A stretch of DNA of 63,870 nt from Chiloscyllium plagiosum (Eukaryota). The notes under the pieces are model-generated. The model ran no database searches, was not told the DNA's origin, and worked only from the letters and a program-made list of their open reading frames with translations. Within the stretch, counting starts at the first letter, position 1. The number at the start of each line of letters is the position of its first letter. The stretch spans positions 78,454,393 to 78,518,262 of the forward strand of contig NC_057719.1 of assembly GCF_004010195.1 (NCBI RefSeq), given 5' to 3'. Below are positions 10,976 through 24,324 of this stretch, in pieces. The translations under genes were made by a program, and so were the position numbers.

Positions 10976-12614
10976 TGTTGATTATCCTGTAATAAATTAC
11001 CACTGATCTGTTGTGTGGTGCTAAACACTCCGTGGTCAATGTGCCAGGTAAAATTGGCAACTGTAAGATATAAATTGTGAGAAAATCAAAATCCAATGTT
11101 CATATTCTTCAAAGTAATTGATGGTGCCTAAGAGTATGGTCAGGGCTGCGAAACTCTGAAGATTGTGAGAGGTTTTGCACTTGCAATTTCATAGGCAGCT
11201 ATTGCTGTTTTCTAGGTGACTCCCAGGTATGCTTTTCCAAAGAAATTACAATCTAATAGTTTGGCAACAATCACAAAGGAAGGAAATGAACAGTACACGC
11301 TGGTGGGAGCATGGATGTGTGGCTCTGTAAGCTAACATCATAAGCCTGGGAATGATATACATAGAGGTGCTGTGTTGCTTTTGGCTGTTTTTAGCAGTCA
11401 TTGGGTGGAGTCTTAGGGGTCTGGCCAGAATTAGACAATACAGCTGCTGGGGCCAATATTGACATCATGATCACCTTGCCCATCTTTTATGCTTTTCATA
11501 GGAGATGATGTGAGATTTTCATCAGACAGTGGAAAGGTTCCAATTTATGATAGCTTGTTGATGGCCCAACTCTCTCGTCACTCGTATTCCATTTACGATC
11601 TTGCCAAGCTCTCCTAACATTGGGAATATCCAACATGGAAGCCAGAGTGGGTACATGATAGGTTCAGCTCATTGGGTCTTTAACAATATGTCTGCCCTAC
11701 CATTGATCAACACAATCCATGAGCACCAGCCAGCTGTACCCTTCCACCATTGATATTGGCATCTGACATCAATGCCATCCTGGCACCTATCTGCACTGCA
11801 AGCCCAGACTTACCAGGGCACACTGGCAACCTGCAATGAACAACTGCATTGGGTACAGTTACCACACAGGGCCAGGCACCCAGTCCATGGTGTAGGTCAG
11901 CCTGACAACCAGGACTGCTCCCACATTCTGTCTCAGTGCTCATTCACCTGGTGCCTACTGGTATCCCTGCAGAATGCATATCTTACTGTGCCTTGCAGTA
12001 GCAGTTGGCACAGTCACACAGCCAGGCAGATGGCCGTGCTGTGCAGCAGTCTCAGTCAAGGACATATGCACCTCTTGTCATGCATTAGTGTGCTCTGTTA
12101 GTGTTGTGCCTGGCAGTACTGTTTGCGCCAATGTTGGCATCTGTTGCAAGCAGTCAGTGCCCCTGATGGGGTTCTCTCCCAGTCTATCAGTCAGTGAGCC
12201 AAGTACTGCTGGTCAAAAGCAGCTACCCAGACGAGTACCAGGCTTTGGCCACAGTCGTGCAGCTGGTCAGGGGTGGATTTGCACAGGGAATCCGTGAGTC
12301 CGTGCTGCAGGGTCGTGTCAGGTTAATATTGGGGTGGGGGTAGAGGGAGGTGGCGGAGGTGAGAAGTTTGCTGTTGTTGGGAACATTGTGGCCATCAGTC
12401 AGGGGTCTGGGCAGATCTGAGCTGGTGCTGCCAGTTGAGGCCCCTTGAGATGATTTGTCATTCATCATCCTGTTGTCCCCTGTCCTTAGAAATTAAGGCT
12501 GAAGGTGATGGGTTTTCGGGCAGGGGAAGGGAAAGAGATAGTAGCTTGGTGTTGGTGCATGGCTTGGGTGATGCCCCAGGGGCGTGAAGCCTGTGGGTTT
12601 ATGGAATGGTCACA

Positions 12615-13053
12615 TTAGAATTATGTTTTATTGTCAGGTGTGCTCAAGTACAGGAGTACAGTGAAAAGTGTACAAAGTCGGCACTCCTGGCGCTGTTTTA
12701 GGTACAAAGTACCTAGGCACAACATCTTAGTTACAAAGTAAACTAAAGAAATACAGTTGAAGGTTCAGCATTTGCAGTCCTTGAGACACAGGCCTGCAGT
12801 CGCTTCACACTGGGCTTTCCCCACGAGGGCTTGCTCTGCCCTGCGCTGGGCCCGCACCCCCACGAGGGCATTCCCCGCCTCACCACCCGTCATGCTGGGC
12901 TCAGTCCCTCACCACCAACACCACCCAGCTCACCATCTGCCTGAAAAGACTTTTTTTTAAAAGAAAAGGAAAAATTAAAGAAAAGCTGACAGAATAGACA
13001 AGCCCCAGGCTCAGGAGCTTGGATGCTGCATACTCCACTGCTGCCATCTTGGG
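12615..13053 (-). mobile_element. Non-autonomous retroposon with a Rex1/Babar-like 3' tail
   Basis: The minus strand starts ccaagatggcagc and ends ttttcactgtact...tgacaataaaac. The tail resembles that of the Rex1/Babar fragment at 21520. No ORF. Confidence 0.5.
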
Positions 13054-13945
13054 CCAAGCCCAACCTTGGAAACAAGGGGGTGATGTTTAGGGCCTTAGTA
13101 TTACTTGTCAGGTCAGAGGTCGAAGGCAGCTTACTGCGGTCATGAAGCATGTGGAAAGTGCACAATATTCAGGAGAATGGCTGTGAATGCATTCCAAGTG
13201 GATGGGTGAAGTGGGTGGGGGGGGGCGCGGTGGGCGGGGGGGTTCTGCAACTGGTCATCGAATATTGGCTACAAACAGATCATGTATATATTGGCAACTT
13301 AGACAACCGAGCTGCCTAGTTTATGGCCATCCTGCAGCAGAGACTTGAACAGCCGCATGAATCGTTTGTGAAGTAAGTATGAACTGTCAACACAACATTG
13401 TCAGCGGAGGTCTCCACGTACCCTCAGTATATTTTCCCTTTCCTCTCCTCCCCTTCTGCCATACTGAACTTCTCTGTTCTGCACCAGGGCTGGAGGGAAT
13501 GTACTACATAATGGGGCCCCCTTGGCCCTTGACATTTGTTTGAGTATCTTTTAGGGGTATTTGTCTGTGGACAGCCAAGAAATGCTGATGGTCATCCTGG
13601 CAGAAACATGTTGGCCCTCCTTGGCCTGAACCTCCAGGGCTCAGAGGGTTGGATGCTGGCTGAAGGTGGAGGGCCCAGCCACCTCTGGAGTAGCATCCGC
13701 TCTGGGGCCTGGGCATGGCTCCAAATCTGGCTGGGTTCCTCCAGGGGATGGGGCATCTGGCTCAGGTACCCAGGGAGTGAGGAGTCACACAGGGTTATTG
13801 GCATGGCAGAAGGGGAGCGGAAGGTGGGTGTTGCATACAACAGAGCAGCTTTCAGGGCATGGCACTTATGAAAGGTTGGTGCAGTGGCAGGGATGGAGTG
13901 TGTGTGAAGTAGAACTTACCAGATTAAGCCAAACGTGGCACTTAC

Positions 13946-14168
13946 CTTGGTGGAGCAGAGTTTACTGATCACCTTCTGATACTGCAGCCCAATCCTCTGC
14001 ACCCTGAAGTGGCAAGGTAATCTTTGACCAGGCAGGTGGCATTCCAATGCATGACCTGCTCTGATATAGTCCTCCAGAAATAGAACACCTCTCTTCTACA
14101 CCAACCCATCGGGCAGGACCTCTAGATCCCATCCTGGTGAAGTGCAATACCAGCCTTCCCTTCTCCAC
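13946..14168 (-). pseudogene. Decayed Myb/SANT (trihelix) DNA-binding exon of a PIF/Harbinger transposon
   Basis: Mosaic translation across frameshifts: EKGRLVLHFT/WDLEVLPDGLV*KRGVLFLED/PPAWSKIT/QRIGLQYQKVISKLCSTK, ending at a perfect AAG|GTAAGT donor. It lies in a GC-richer block at about 11500-14460. Confidence 0.6.
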
Positions 14169-14484
14169 CTGCTTTTAAGAACCAAGTAGGCAGCTTGCCA
14201 AATGCCAGTGCTCCTCCAAGTGAGCAACAGGCATTCAAAGATGGCATATTTGTGATGGATGTTGGTCTTCGGGCTAATGTCTGGTGAGTGGGACATTGGT
14301 GTGGGAATAATGCGTGATAAGATGGGGTGGAAATTTCCCATGATGCACTCCATTGGGGGAGGATTGCTGACTAATGCAGTACAAGAAAATTCATTTGGCG
14401 TCGCACAAGCATCTTTTCGACAGACTTGGACATGACTCCCTTAGTCGACGATTCAGTCCATTTTTCTGTTGACTATCTCAGATG

Positions 14485-15290
14485 TGTTATCTAAAATATT
14501 AACTTATGAGGTCAAGAGGTGGATATGTGTAGATCTTGAGCTTTTTGAACAGACCACATTTCACAGTACAGAGCCCTGGCTACAGAAGCAAAAGTGATTG
14601 TATTTACAAAGAACAAGAGGCTTGAATAGAGTCACTAAGGCTGCAACACTTTCACGGAGGGGTAAGGTGATCCAAATTGGAGTTATAAAACCTTAGCTTT
14701 GAACACAAGCAGTCAAAGAGAAACTGCTCAGAGGAAGTTAACCTCTATCCTCTGCTTTTCTCTGAGCTCCCCTTGTCTAACTTTGAGCCAGTAGCCCACT
14801 GGAAAACCAAATTGCCACATTTAGAGGGTTCTTTGGAGAGTAGGTCTAAATCTACCATTGTCTGCGAAAAGAGAGAATTCAACCAACTATGACTAGCCCA
14901 GGGAAAATATCCAGTACCGATATCTTATGTAGAAAATTACTTCAGCGTTTGGACAATCTTTGATTTTATTTTTTTGAATTTGAAATTATTTGGCCAAAGT
15001 TCTTATGATTATCTACAGCGTTTTATATATTTTTCAAACTTTGGACATATTTGCCTACTTTCATTAGTAAAGATTAACACTATTGCTTGAGCCTTTTATT
15101 TTGCTATAAAACTACTTTTTTGTTTGTTTATTAACTTCAGGAATCTGACTGACTTGTTTCTGACACTGAGCTACATACAGTCCAATATATAGCATTGCAA
15201 TGCTGCCTGCAATCTTAGTTCAACCTTATGGTGGAGAAATGGGAAAGGAATTAGCTTCCTAAATTGGTCATATCAACTATCATAACTGAA
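14485..15290 (+). mobile_element. Possible old solo LTR
   Basis: TGTTAT start, TATAAAA near 14684 and LTR-like composition; no TSD seen. Confidence 0.25.
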
Positions 15291-16489
15291 CTCGTTTAAT
15301 ATAAAAACATAGTTTGTGGTGTAAACAAGAATTAACTAGCTTAAGCATGAAGGTCCAGAATCTACATGTCAGGTACGAAAGTACCTTTTATATTTCAACG
15401 GGAGCTGAAAGCCCAAAGCAGATATTTCACATAAGCTGTGCATCAGAGAAGATTGGCAATTTTAATTTCTCTGGTTCAGCACACTACCTCCACCCTGCAC
15501 CCTCTGTAGAGCTCTGTTGCAGGTTCTGGATCAGTGACTGGTTGGGAATTGGACTGGCTCTATGCCAGCTGGTTTCAAGGCAGGAAAGTTCAAAGACCGA
15601 TTGTCTGAGGTTCCCTGTTGAGTGTTGTCACTTTTACATAAAACCAGAGTCTAAGGAGCTGTGGAGGGAGATCAGGCCTAACTGTTAAAGACTGTGTATA
15701 CCTCTGCTCAAGCTCATGAGTGTAGGTGAATTGGCAAATGGGAACTCAAGATTGTCTGTCTGTAAATGTTGGTTTTCTCACCCAGTAACTGCCAACCAAA
15801 TAAACTTGGATCGAAATAGCATTTGTTGAATTGAATTAAATCCCACCGCCCTCCCTCTGCCCCAGTCATCCATAGGGGAAGGAAAGATTAGGAAAAATCA
15901 TCATATCCCAGTCTTCTATCCATCCCAACCAGGGGTGTTATCGACGTCCAGAAGATGAGAAAAATCCATCAGCAATGTCTATAATAAAGTGACCCATAAC
16001 ATGTTGATGTCATCCACAAAAGTGGGAGAAGGATTTCTCATGAGCTGATGTCATCTGCTTTGTTTTCTTAGTGACACTGTTCTTTCGGAACACAGCATGT
16101 TAGCTCCTTAATTATCTTTGCAATTTCTTAGACAAAAATGAATACCAAAGGATGTAGAGAGGACATAGAAATGAGCCTGTGTAAAGTTTTCTGTAAAATA
16201 TAGTAAGATCAAGTCTGTGTTCTTCTAAGTGAACATTAGTAGACTTTATTAAATGTATCTATTCTGGGGGAGGGAGAATGGTAACAGGAAATATTCAGTA
16301 TTCCCACAGACCTGGGCTCCAGTTCCATATACCATGACATCATGGTGGAATAAGTAGTTAAGCACATGCTCAGTGACTGCTCTTAGTGCTTGTTGTAACT
16401 CCATATCTTAGTGTTCTCCATTAACATTTATCTGTGAATATTGTCTTCCCACCTCTTCCCCCTGCCCCCACCCCTGGATCTGACTCACC

Positions 16490-17000
16490 TTTTGGTCCAA
16501 CTCATCCATGCTGACCAGGTATCCTAAATGAATTTCGTCCCATTGCCAGAACTTGGTCCATACTCATTTAAACCCTTCCTATCCGTGTATCCATCGAGAT
16601 GCCTTTTACATGTCTGCGTGGGTTTCCTCCGGGTGCTCTGGTTTCCTCCCACAGTCCAAATATGTGCAGGTCAGGTGAATTGGCCATGCTCAATTTGCCC
16701 ATAGTGTTAGGTGCTTAGTCAGAGGGAAATGGGTCTGGGTGGGTTACTCTTCGGAGGGTTGGTGTGGACTTGTTGGGCCGAACGGCCTGTTTCCACACCG
16801 TAGGGAATCTAATCTAATCTAAATGTTATTATTACCAGCCACCACTTCCTTTGGCAACTCATTCCATACACACACCACCCTCTCTGTGGAAAACCTTGCG
16901 CTTTGGGTACCTCTTTTTATATCCTTCTCATCACACCTTAAACCTATGCCCTCTAGTTTTGGATTCATCTATCTTGGGGGAAAAAGAGCTTGGCTATTCA
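16490..17000 (-). mobile_element. CR1 3' end split by an HE1 insertion
   Basis: Antisense CR1 3' UTR and ORF end (ccagccaccacttcctttggcaactcattcca...aaacctatgccctctagt). Confidence 0.75.
16610..16822 (+). mobile_element. HE1 V-SINE, 5'-truncated
   Basis: tgtctgcgtgggtttcctccgggtgctc...aatctaatctaatct. Confidence 0.88.
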
Positions 17001-17004
17001 TGAA

Positions 17005-17181
17005 TGTTAGCAGAGGCTGTTCACTCAGTAGTGAGAGTCAACTGTTGGTGAACTTCACCTGAGGGTCACCACTGTTCAGGCAAGAGTTGAGGATGAGAAG
17101 AGACCTCTGGTGGAAATTGAACCCACACCATTGAGAGCTCTCTGCATTGCAACCTTACCGTTCAACCATCTGAGCTAACCA
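17005..17181 (-). mobile_element. tRNA-derived SINE (third family)
   Basis: The minus strand begins ggttagctcagatggt (A box) ... ggttcaatttcc (B box), then cctgaacagtggtgaccctcagg. A weaker relative lies near 28800-28940. Confidence 0.55.
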
Positions 17182-18014
17182 AGATTATTTGCTAAAATAA
17201 TATTTGTCTGCATTATCTCACGAATTCCATTTTCTGACAAGCTTCCTGTTGAAGAATAGATAACTGTCTGTTTGTCCAACACTCTGCAGATGGTGTTTCC
17301 ATTGGATTTTAAACTTCAATGATTAATTGGAAGATGTAAGTATCAATGCAACTAAGATGTTTCCCATGCTTTGGTTTGTAAATCCAATCATATAATACCA
17401 CATGCTGTTTTCTCATTAATAGCTCGCTGCAATTCAAACAATACTTCTGTGTAAATACAATTAAGACGACCTATCTCGCAAAATTCAAGACTTCATTAAC
17501 AGAAGGTTGACAGTGAAATATGAACACTCCACTCATCTGCATCAAATGTAGGGTTTAATAGTGGAACAATTATTTTCATCAAGTAGAATCTTTGCTGTTC
17601 AAGTCAGTGAAGCCGTTATCTGCAAAAGCCAAGATGCCATTTGAATATTATTGATGGAACTAAGCAATTGACATTTAAAAGTAATAGATACCAATATTCA
17701 AAAATAATTTTTGTTGCTTTTTGTTTGCATTGTAAGCATTAGCAACTACAAAGTCTGAGGAAGAATGGGCAGATTAAAATTTTAGATTGTTCCAGTGATG
17801 TGGTTTTTAAGATGACTCCCTAATGTGGCATTTTCCCACCATACGACACCAATCCAAGCTGTACACCTTCTTCCTCTTGTTCTCATGAAATAGATGATGG
17901 AAGGAGGCCTTCCCTTGAGGAGCAGCCAACAAGTAGGGAACTCATTAAAATTAGGAGATTCACATTTTAAAACTTGATCAAGGCAGAAGAGCGAAATGCT
18001 AATGTGGCAAATGT

Positions 18015-18228
18015 GGCCCTGCCTTATCCCTCTAGCCCTGCATTTTCCATAGCAAATCCACCTAGCCTGCATATTTGTGGACACTATGGGGCAACTTAGG
18101 GTGGCCAATCCACCTAACCTGCACATCTCTGCACTGTGGGAGGAAACCAGAGCACCCGGAGGAAGCCCATGCAGACACTAGGAGAATGTGAGACAGCAAT
18201 GCTAACCACTGAGCCACCATGCCACCCT
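18015..18228 (-). mobile_element. HE1 V-SINE with an internal deletion
   Basis: Antisense head (gctaaccactgagccaccatgcc) and V-domain (ggaggaaaccagagcacccggagg). Confidence 0.8.
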
Positions 18229-18410
18229 TTTGATTGGTCAGAATGCAAAGAACGACTAAGAGGTTAATCAGAACTAACAACTTAAGACTTGAGAGAAGCT
18301 AACTAGAAACATAAAAACAGAGACCAAGTTTCTCTAGGCATTGTAAAGGGGAAAAAGTATGTGGGTAAACAATAGATAATATAAAAAGTTGCAGATGTAA
18401 TGAATAAATA

Positions 18411-19540
18411 AACATAGAAAAAGGGAGCAGGAGTAAGTCTTTTGGCCTTTCGAGCCTGACTATCCCCTGGCTGATCACTGAACTCCGTACTCTATTCCCA
18501 TTTTCTCTTTTTTTTTTATACCTTTAGACCTAAGAACTATTTCTGACGCCTTGAAAGCATTCAATGTTTTGGCCTCAACTGTGGCAGAGAAAACCATAGA
18601 CTCACTACTCTTTCTGGGTGAGGAAGTTTCTCCTCATTTCAGTCCTACATGGCCAACCTGATATCCTTTTAGACTGTGACCCTGGTTCTAGACTCCCCCC
18701 TGTCATTGGAAACATCATCCCTCTGTTTAGCCTGTCTAGTCCTGTTAGAATTTTATAGGTTGCTATGGGATCCATCTCAAAGAATACACTGTAAAGAATA
18801 CAAAAACATTTTTACAGGGCATTGCTGTGACTATATTTTAAGCACTGTGGAGAATTTTCATATGCTTATTGATAGAAAGATGTAAATACATTAGAGGTGG
18901 TTCAGAGGAGGTTTACTAGATTGATCCCTGGAAAAGGCAGATTGTCTTAGGATAGGCTGGGTTTGTTTTTACGAGAATTTAGAAAAAAAGGACTGATTTG
19001 AATGAAGTTTAAAAGATCCTGTATGTCCTTTAGATGAAAGTAGAAAGGAAATGTTTTAAAATTAGGGGTTGCCGTTCAGGACAGTGGTGAGGGGAATGTA
19101 TTGCTCCTGGAGCCTCCAACTTTCCACATCAGAAGATGGTGGAGGTAAGGTCTTTGATTATTTTTGAGGAGGAGGTAAATGGGTCTCTGTTGGGTAAGGC
19201 AATCAAATGTTACCAGGTGTAGATGGGAATGCGGAATTTTTAACGCAAACCAATTAGCTGTAATGTTCTTGAATACTGAGCAGTCTTGAAGAGTTGAATG
19301 GTCTAATTCTCTTAACAGTTCTGTTCTCAGAATGATGTTAGGTTGTGAAATTCTCTTTGCTAGAGAGCAGTGAAGACTCTGTCATTAAATATACTCAGGG
19401 CTGATGCAGATGGTCCAGAGCTATAGAGGGCATACAGGAAAGTGGGAAGGAGACAACAGCCAGATCAACTTTAATATTATTTAATGACAAATGAAGCTTG
19501 AGGGGCCAAATGGTTTACTCTTTCTATTTATATTCTTCTG
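18411..19540. mobile_element. Cluster of old CR1 3' fragments (minus about 18411-18778; plus about 18885-19540)
   Basis: aacatagaaaaagggagcaggagta (antisense tail); ttcagaggaggtttactagattgatccctgg (QRRFTRLIPG). Confidence 0.65.
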
Positions 19541-19769
19541 TTGAGATTTCTATTATGGATCTGACTCACCGCAATTATGATGAGACTGTTCAAATTCTGG
19601 ACTGGGAACCTAAAGTGGATTTTGATCTGTAAATTTGAACTCCTGTCATAAAAGTGATGACACTATATTTTGGCAATGGTATTTCGAAATGATTCAGTAA
19701 GGTCTGTTGAGGGACAGCACCATAATTTGGCATATGGCCTGGGGAGTGCTAGTTCAGAATTCACCTTAA

Positions 19770-20955
19770 GGTTAAGAGGCCTAGAATACAAGAGCAGGGA
19801 TGTACTGCTGAGGCTGTATAATGCACACATCGGACTGCATTTTTTTAAATAAGAATCGAATAATCTATTGTCACTCGTATTTTATTTACAAAAATGAGAA
19901 GTGTTTGTTGCTATACCTTGGCACCTATATTAATAACAAAAGGCATTGATAAGAAAAGTGTCTTAATTTTTAAAACAAATGTCAGTCAGCTAAATTCATG
20001 GATCCTGGGTTTAGGAAAAGACAGTACTGCTGCAAGACCGCCATGCCGAGCTGCTGGAATATTGTGGGGAATATCAAAAGAAGGATGTGTTGACATTGAA
20101 GGGAGTCCAGAGGAGGTTCACAAGGATGATCTCGCTTATAACGTCAGAAAATGCAGGAGCAGAGTTAGGGCTATTTGGCTGATGTGTTTCACAATATCAA
20201 TCTCCTACCTACCTTCTCCCAGTAACCTTCAAATCCCTTAATGATCAAGTATCTATCCATCTCTACCTTAAATCCACTCAATGACTTGGCCTCCATAGCC
20301 TTCTGTGGTAATGAGTTCCACAGATTCACCACCACCTGGCTGAAGAACTCCTCCTCACCTCGGTTCCGAAGAGTAGTCCCTTCACTCTGAGGCTGTGTCC
20401 TCAGGTCCTAGACTGTCCTCAGAGTGGAAACATCTTCTCCATGTTTACTCTGTCCAGGTCCCTCAGTATCCTCAAAGTTTCAATCAGATCCCCCTCCCCC
20501 TGCCAACTTATCCATCATGTAAACACCCAGAGACGTCAACCACTCCTTATATGATAAGCCCTTCATCCTTGGGGTCATTCTTGTAAACCTTCTCTGGACC
20601 CCCTCCTAGAGCAGCACTTCCATCCTTAAATATGGGACCCAAAACTGCACATAAAATTCCGAATATTGTATGATGAGAGCCTTATATAGCTTCAGCAGTA
20701 CATCTCTGCTCGTGCGTTCTAGCCCTATTGAAATGAATGCTGACATTGCATTTGCCTTCCCAACTGCCCACTGAACCCGCATGTTGACTTTAAAAGAATC
20801 CTGAACTAGGATTCCCAAGAGTCTTTGTGCTTCAGATATCTGAAGCCTTTCCCCATTTAGAAAATAGTCTATGCTCAATTCTTCTCAGCAAGATGCACAG
20901 CCTCACACTTTCTCTCATTGTTTCCATCTGGCAATTCTTTGTCCACACTCCATGT
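19770..20955. mobile_element. CR1 fragments: plus about 19770-20130 (with an insert at about 19850-20050), minus about 20140-20955
   Basis: GLEYKSRDVLLRLY (plus strand); ORF 20606..20878 YFLNGERLQ..LGILVQDS..VLLKLYKAL..YVQFW (minus strand). Confidence 0.8.
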
Positions 20956-21519
20956 GTCTTCCTAGACTGCAAACAGAAATAATATCCAGAAACAATAAGC
21001 TGGTCAATTTGTAGCCAGTGTCCAGAGGGAATGATGGACCAGCAAAGCTGATGTCTGGTCGCATGCTCTGCATTGTCATGAAAAGTGTGTCACTGCTGAC
21101 AACTGCTCATATTTGCTGCTAGTTCTGTGATGAATTGCCATCTTTTCATTGCACCCAATTTGTACTGCAGGAATGCAGACAGCTCCATTAGTTGGAAGCT
21201 CAAAGCAAAGTACTGCAGAGGCTGGGGATCCAAAATTAAAAATAATCAAAGTGACGGGGGAAACTCAGGAGGTATGACCAAAGAAAAGTCATAATGGATT
21301 GAAATGTGAATTCTGTTTCTGTTCCTCTACTGCAAGTAGAGAACTGCCAACTACTGAACCAGCAACATTGGGTGCCCAGCTATTTTGGTGTGCAAGCTAA
21401 AATATATGAAGGCAGCTAACCAGGAGGCTGTCACTGGCAGGATTCCTGAGCCTATTGTGCTTCTTACATGTACAGGCTGTGGACCCTCACTGACCCCGTC
21501 AATGCCCCAGAGTCTCTTT

Positions 21520-21870
21520 GATTTGATTTATTTGTGTAACACGTACCTAAGTACAGTGAAAAGTTTTGTTTTGTGTGCAGTACAGGTAAATCGTAACATA
21601 CAAGGATATATAGATCATAGGGTATTTAGACAGATCGAGGTATATGAGGTTATGCTGCACAGAAGGTGCACAAAAGAAAGATCAACTTTACATTTGAAAA
21701 TAAAGATGTCCATTTAGCAGTGTAATAACAGCGGGGGGGGGAGAAGCTGTTCTTGAACCTGTTGTTACGTGTGTTTTAAGGTTATGTACCTTCCTCCTGA
21801 CGGAGAATTTGGAAGAGAGTGTAACCATGGTGGGAGGGATCTTTGGTGTTGGCTGTCCTTCTGCAGCAAG
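21520..21870 (-). mobile_element. Rex1/Babar-type LINE 3' end
   Basis: The antisense strand translates across a frameshift to PSGGRY..LK...NRFKNSF (cf. LPSGRRY..NSFFP); tail ttttcactgtacttaggtac..aaataaatcaaatcaaa. Confidence 0.65.
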
Positions 21871-21926
21871 TAAAGCCTCAATTTTGCTTGAGTTTGGCTT
21901 TGTTTGTTTAGCATTGGGGCATCAAT

Positions 21927-22408
21927 TCATAGAGTCATAGAGATGTACAGCATGGAAATAGACCCTTCAGTCCAACCCATCCATGCCAACCAGATATCCC
22001 AACCCAATCTAGTCCCACCTGCCAGCAACCGGCCCATATCCCTCCAAACCCTTCCTATTCATATACCCATCCTTAAATGTTGCAATTGTACCAGCCTCCA
22101 CCACTTCCTTTGGTAGCTCATTCCATACACGTACCACCCTCTATGTGAAAACGTTGCCCCTCAGATCTCTTTTATATCTTTCCCCTCTCATCCTAAACCT
22201 ATGACCTCTAGTTCTGGACTCCCTGACACCAGGGAAAAGACTTTACCTATTTACCCTATCCATGCCCCTTATAATTTTGTAAACCTCTATAAGGTCATCC
22301 CTCAGCCTCCGACGCTCCAGGGAAAACAACCCCAGCCTGTTCAGCCTCTCCCTATAGCTCAAATCCTCCAACCCTGGCAACATCCTTGTAAGTCTTTTCT
22401 GAACCCTG
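21927..22408 (-). mobile_element. CR1/HER1 3' end, young
   Basis: ORF 22243..22467 RVQKRLTRMLPGLEDLSYRERLNRLGLFSLERRRLRDDLIEVYKI; ctatgactctatga tail. Confidence 0.92.
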
Positions 22409-22707
22409 TCCTGAAGGTTGGCTTTTTCTTGCAGCACTGTGTACATGGATTTTGAGATTTTCTTCATATTTCATAAGGTACGGTTGCATGGATTCCCAAC
22501 CCTGTACTCGGGTGATGACCTTTTATGTATAGCAATGTATGCCAGTTTTTTTTTTACAAAGGAATGGATTTGCAGATAACTTTTGCCTTATGCCAATTTA
22601 CATACTGCAAAGACTATGCAATTAATGTTTTTACTCATGTTGTGGACTTAAGTTTGATGGCCTGGTGATAGTTATTGTGAATATTGATCAACACTTCCAA
22701 TTCTGCT

Positions 22708-23252
22708 AGGCCTCCAGTCTGAAAAACAACTCTCCACCACCACCCTTTGTCTTCTACCTTTGAGCCAGTTCTGTATCCAAATGGCTAGTTCTCCCTGTAT
22801 TCCATGAGATCTAACCTTGCTAATCAGTCTCCCATGGGGAACCTTGTCGAATGCCTTACTGAAGTCCATATAAATCGCATCTATCGCTCTGCCCTCATCA
22901 ATCCTCTTTGTTACTTCCTCAAAAAACTCAATTAAGTTTGTGAGACATGATTTCCCACGCACAAAGCCATGTTGATGATCCCTAATCAATCCTTGCGTCT
23001 CCAAATACATGTACATCCTGTCCCTCAGGATTCCCTCCACAACTTGCCCACCACCGACATCAGGCTCACTGGTCTATAGTTCCCTGGCTTGTCTTTACCA
23101 CCCTTCTTAAACAGTGGCACCATGTTTGCCAACCTCCAATCTTCCGGCACCTCACCTGTGACTATCAATGATACAAATATCTCAGCAAGAGGCCCAGCAA
23201 TCACTTCCCTCGATTCCCACAGAGTTCTAGGGTACACCTGATCAGGTCCTGG
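22708..23252 (-). pseudogene. CR1/HER1 reverse transcriptase core fragment
   Basis: PEDWRLANMVPLFKKG..NYRPVSL; QHGFVRGKSCLTNLIEFFEEV..YMDFSKAFDKVPH..WIQNWL..RQRVVV. Confidence 0.93.
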
Positions 23253-23289
23253 CCTTTGCCGATTCCATGCCAGGAAGTACTATCACAAT

Positions 23290-23745
23290 GTTTATGGCAC
23301 AGATGGAGGCCATCTGGCCAATCGTGCCTTCACCAGCTCTGCAAACTAGCAGCATCGCCTTCTGCCGACCTCCTGTTGATATTTTCCCCTACACATTATT
23401 TCTCTTCAAATAGTCATCCAATGTTCTCTTGAATGCTTCAACTGAACATGCCTCTACCACGTTTCCAGGAAGTGCATTCCACACTCTAACTAATTGTTTT
23501 GTTACAAAAATTCTCACGTGACCTTTGCTTCTTTTGCCCACTAGATATATTTTGAAAACCTCCACCGCACGTGTCTCGATGGAGAAGATTTCCATCTTCT
23601 TCAATCTATCCTGAACTTTCTCATTCCTGGACTCATTATTGTAAATCACTTCTGCACTCTGTCCAACGTATTTATGTCTTTCCTATAATGTGGCGTCCAC
23701 ACCTGCATATAGTTCTCCAGCTGAGATCTAACAAGTGTCTTGTTT
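23290..23745 (-). mobile_element. Old CR1 3' fragment
   Basis: ORF 23389..23649 VRVWNALPGNVVEACSVEAFKRTLDDYL. Confidence 0.75.
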
Positions 23746-24324
23746 GATCAACATTGGGCGAGTCTTGTTTTAAAATAAAATAACTAACAGCCTTCAAAGG
23801 TAATTTGACAGCAGCCAGAAGCAAATCTGCAGTCAATGCCACTAGTTGGGGAAGGAGGTAATATTATCACAGCACAGCTTTGATTTGTTGTGATAGCGGT
23901 ATTTTACGTGTCAACCATTTTAAAATTGCAGCACCCACAGACATAATGCAATTGTCACAGAAGCTAACATTTTACAGTGTGTGACTCGTCTGAGTTATTT
24001 CAACTTTTTCTGCTTTGTGTTCTACCCTGTAATTAGACATTGTAATCAGAGACAGGTAGAGTAGCGATTCTTACTTCAAAGGGTAATTACTAGTTCCAAT
24101 TCAGACTACAAAAGTAAAACCATTCTCTACAATTTATTTCAGCAGTTTGTCTTCCTGCACCATTATCTTTGGAAAAGTTAAAGTATTTGCATTTTAAAAA
24201 AAAAGACAATTTTACACTTTATAATGGCACTGAAGGCAGCTTGTATAATGTGGCATGAAATGGTCTGCTGCAGTAATGAAAGGCCTACAGTTAATTCTCA
24301 GCCTGTGGTATTTTTAAAATTTAA

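Noticed and set aside
13200..13245. G-rich tract that could form a G-quadruplex (also poly-G at about 2100-2114)
   Set aside because: Low-complexity runs within or near decayed repeats, with no evidence of function.
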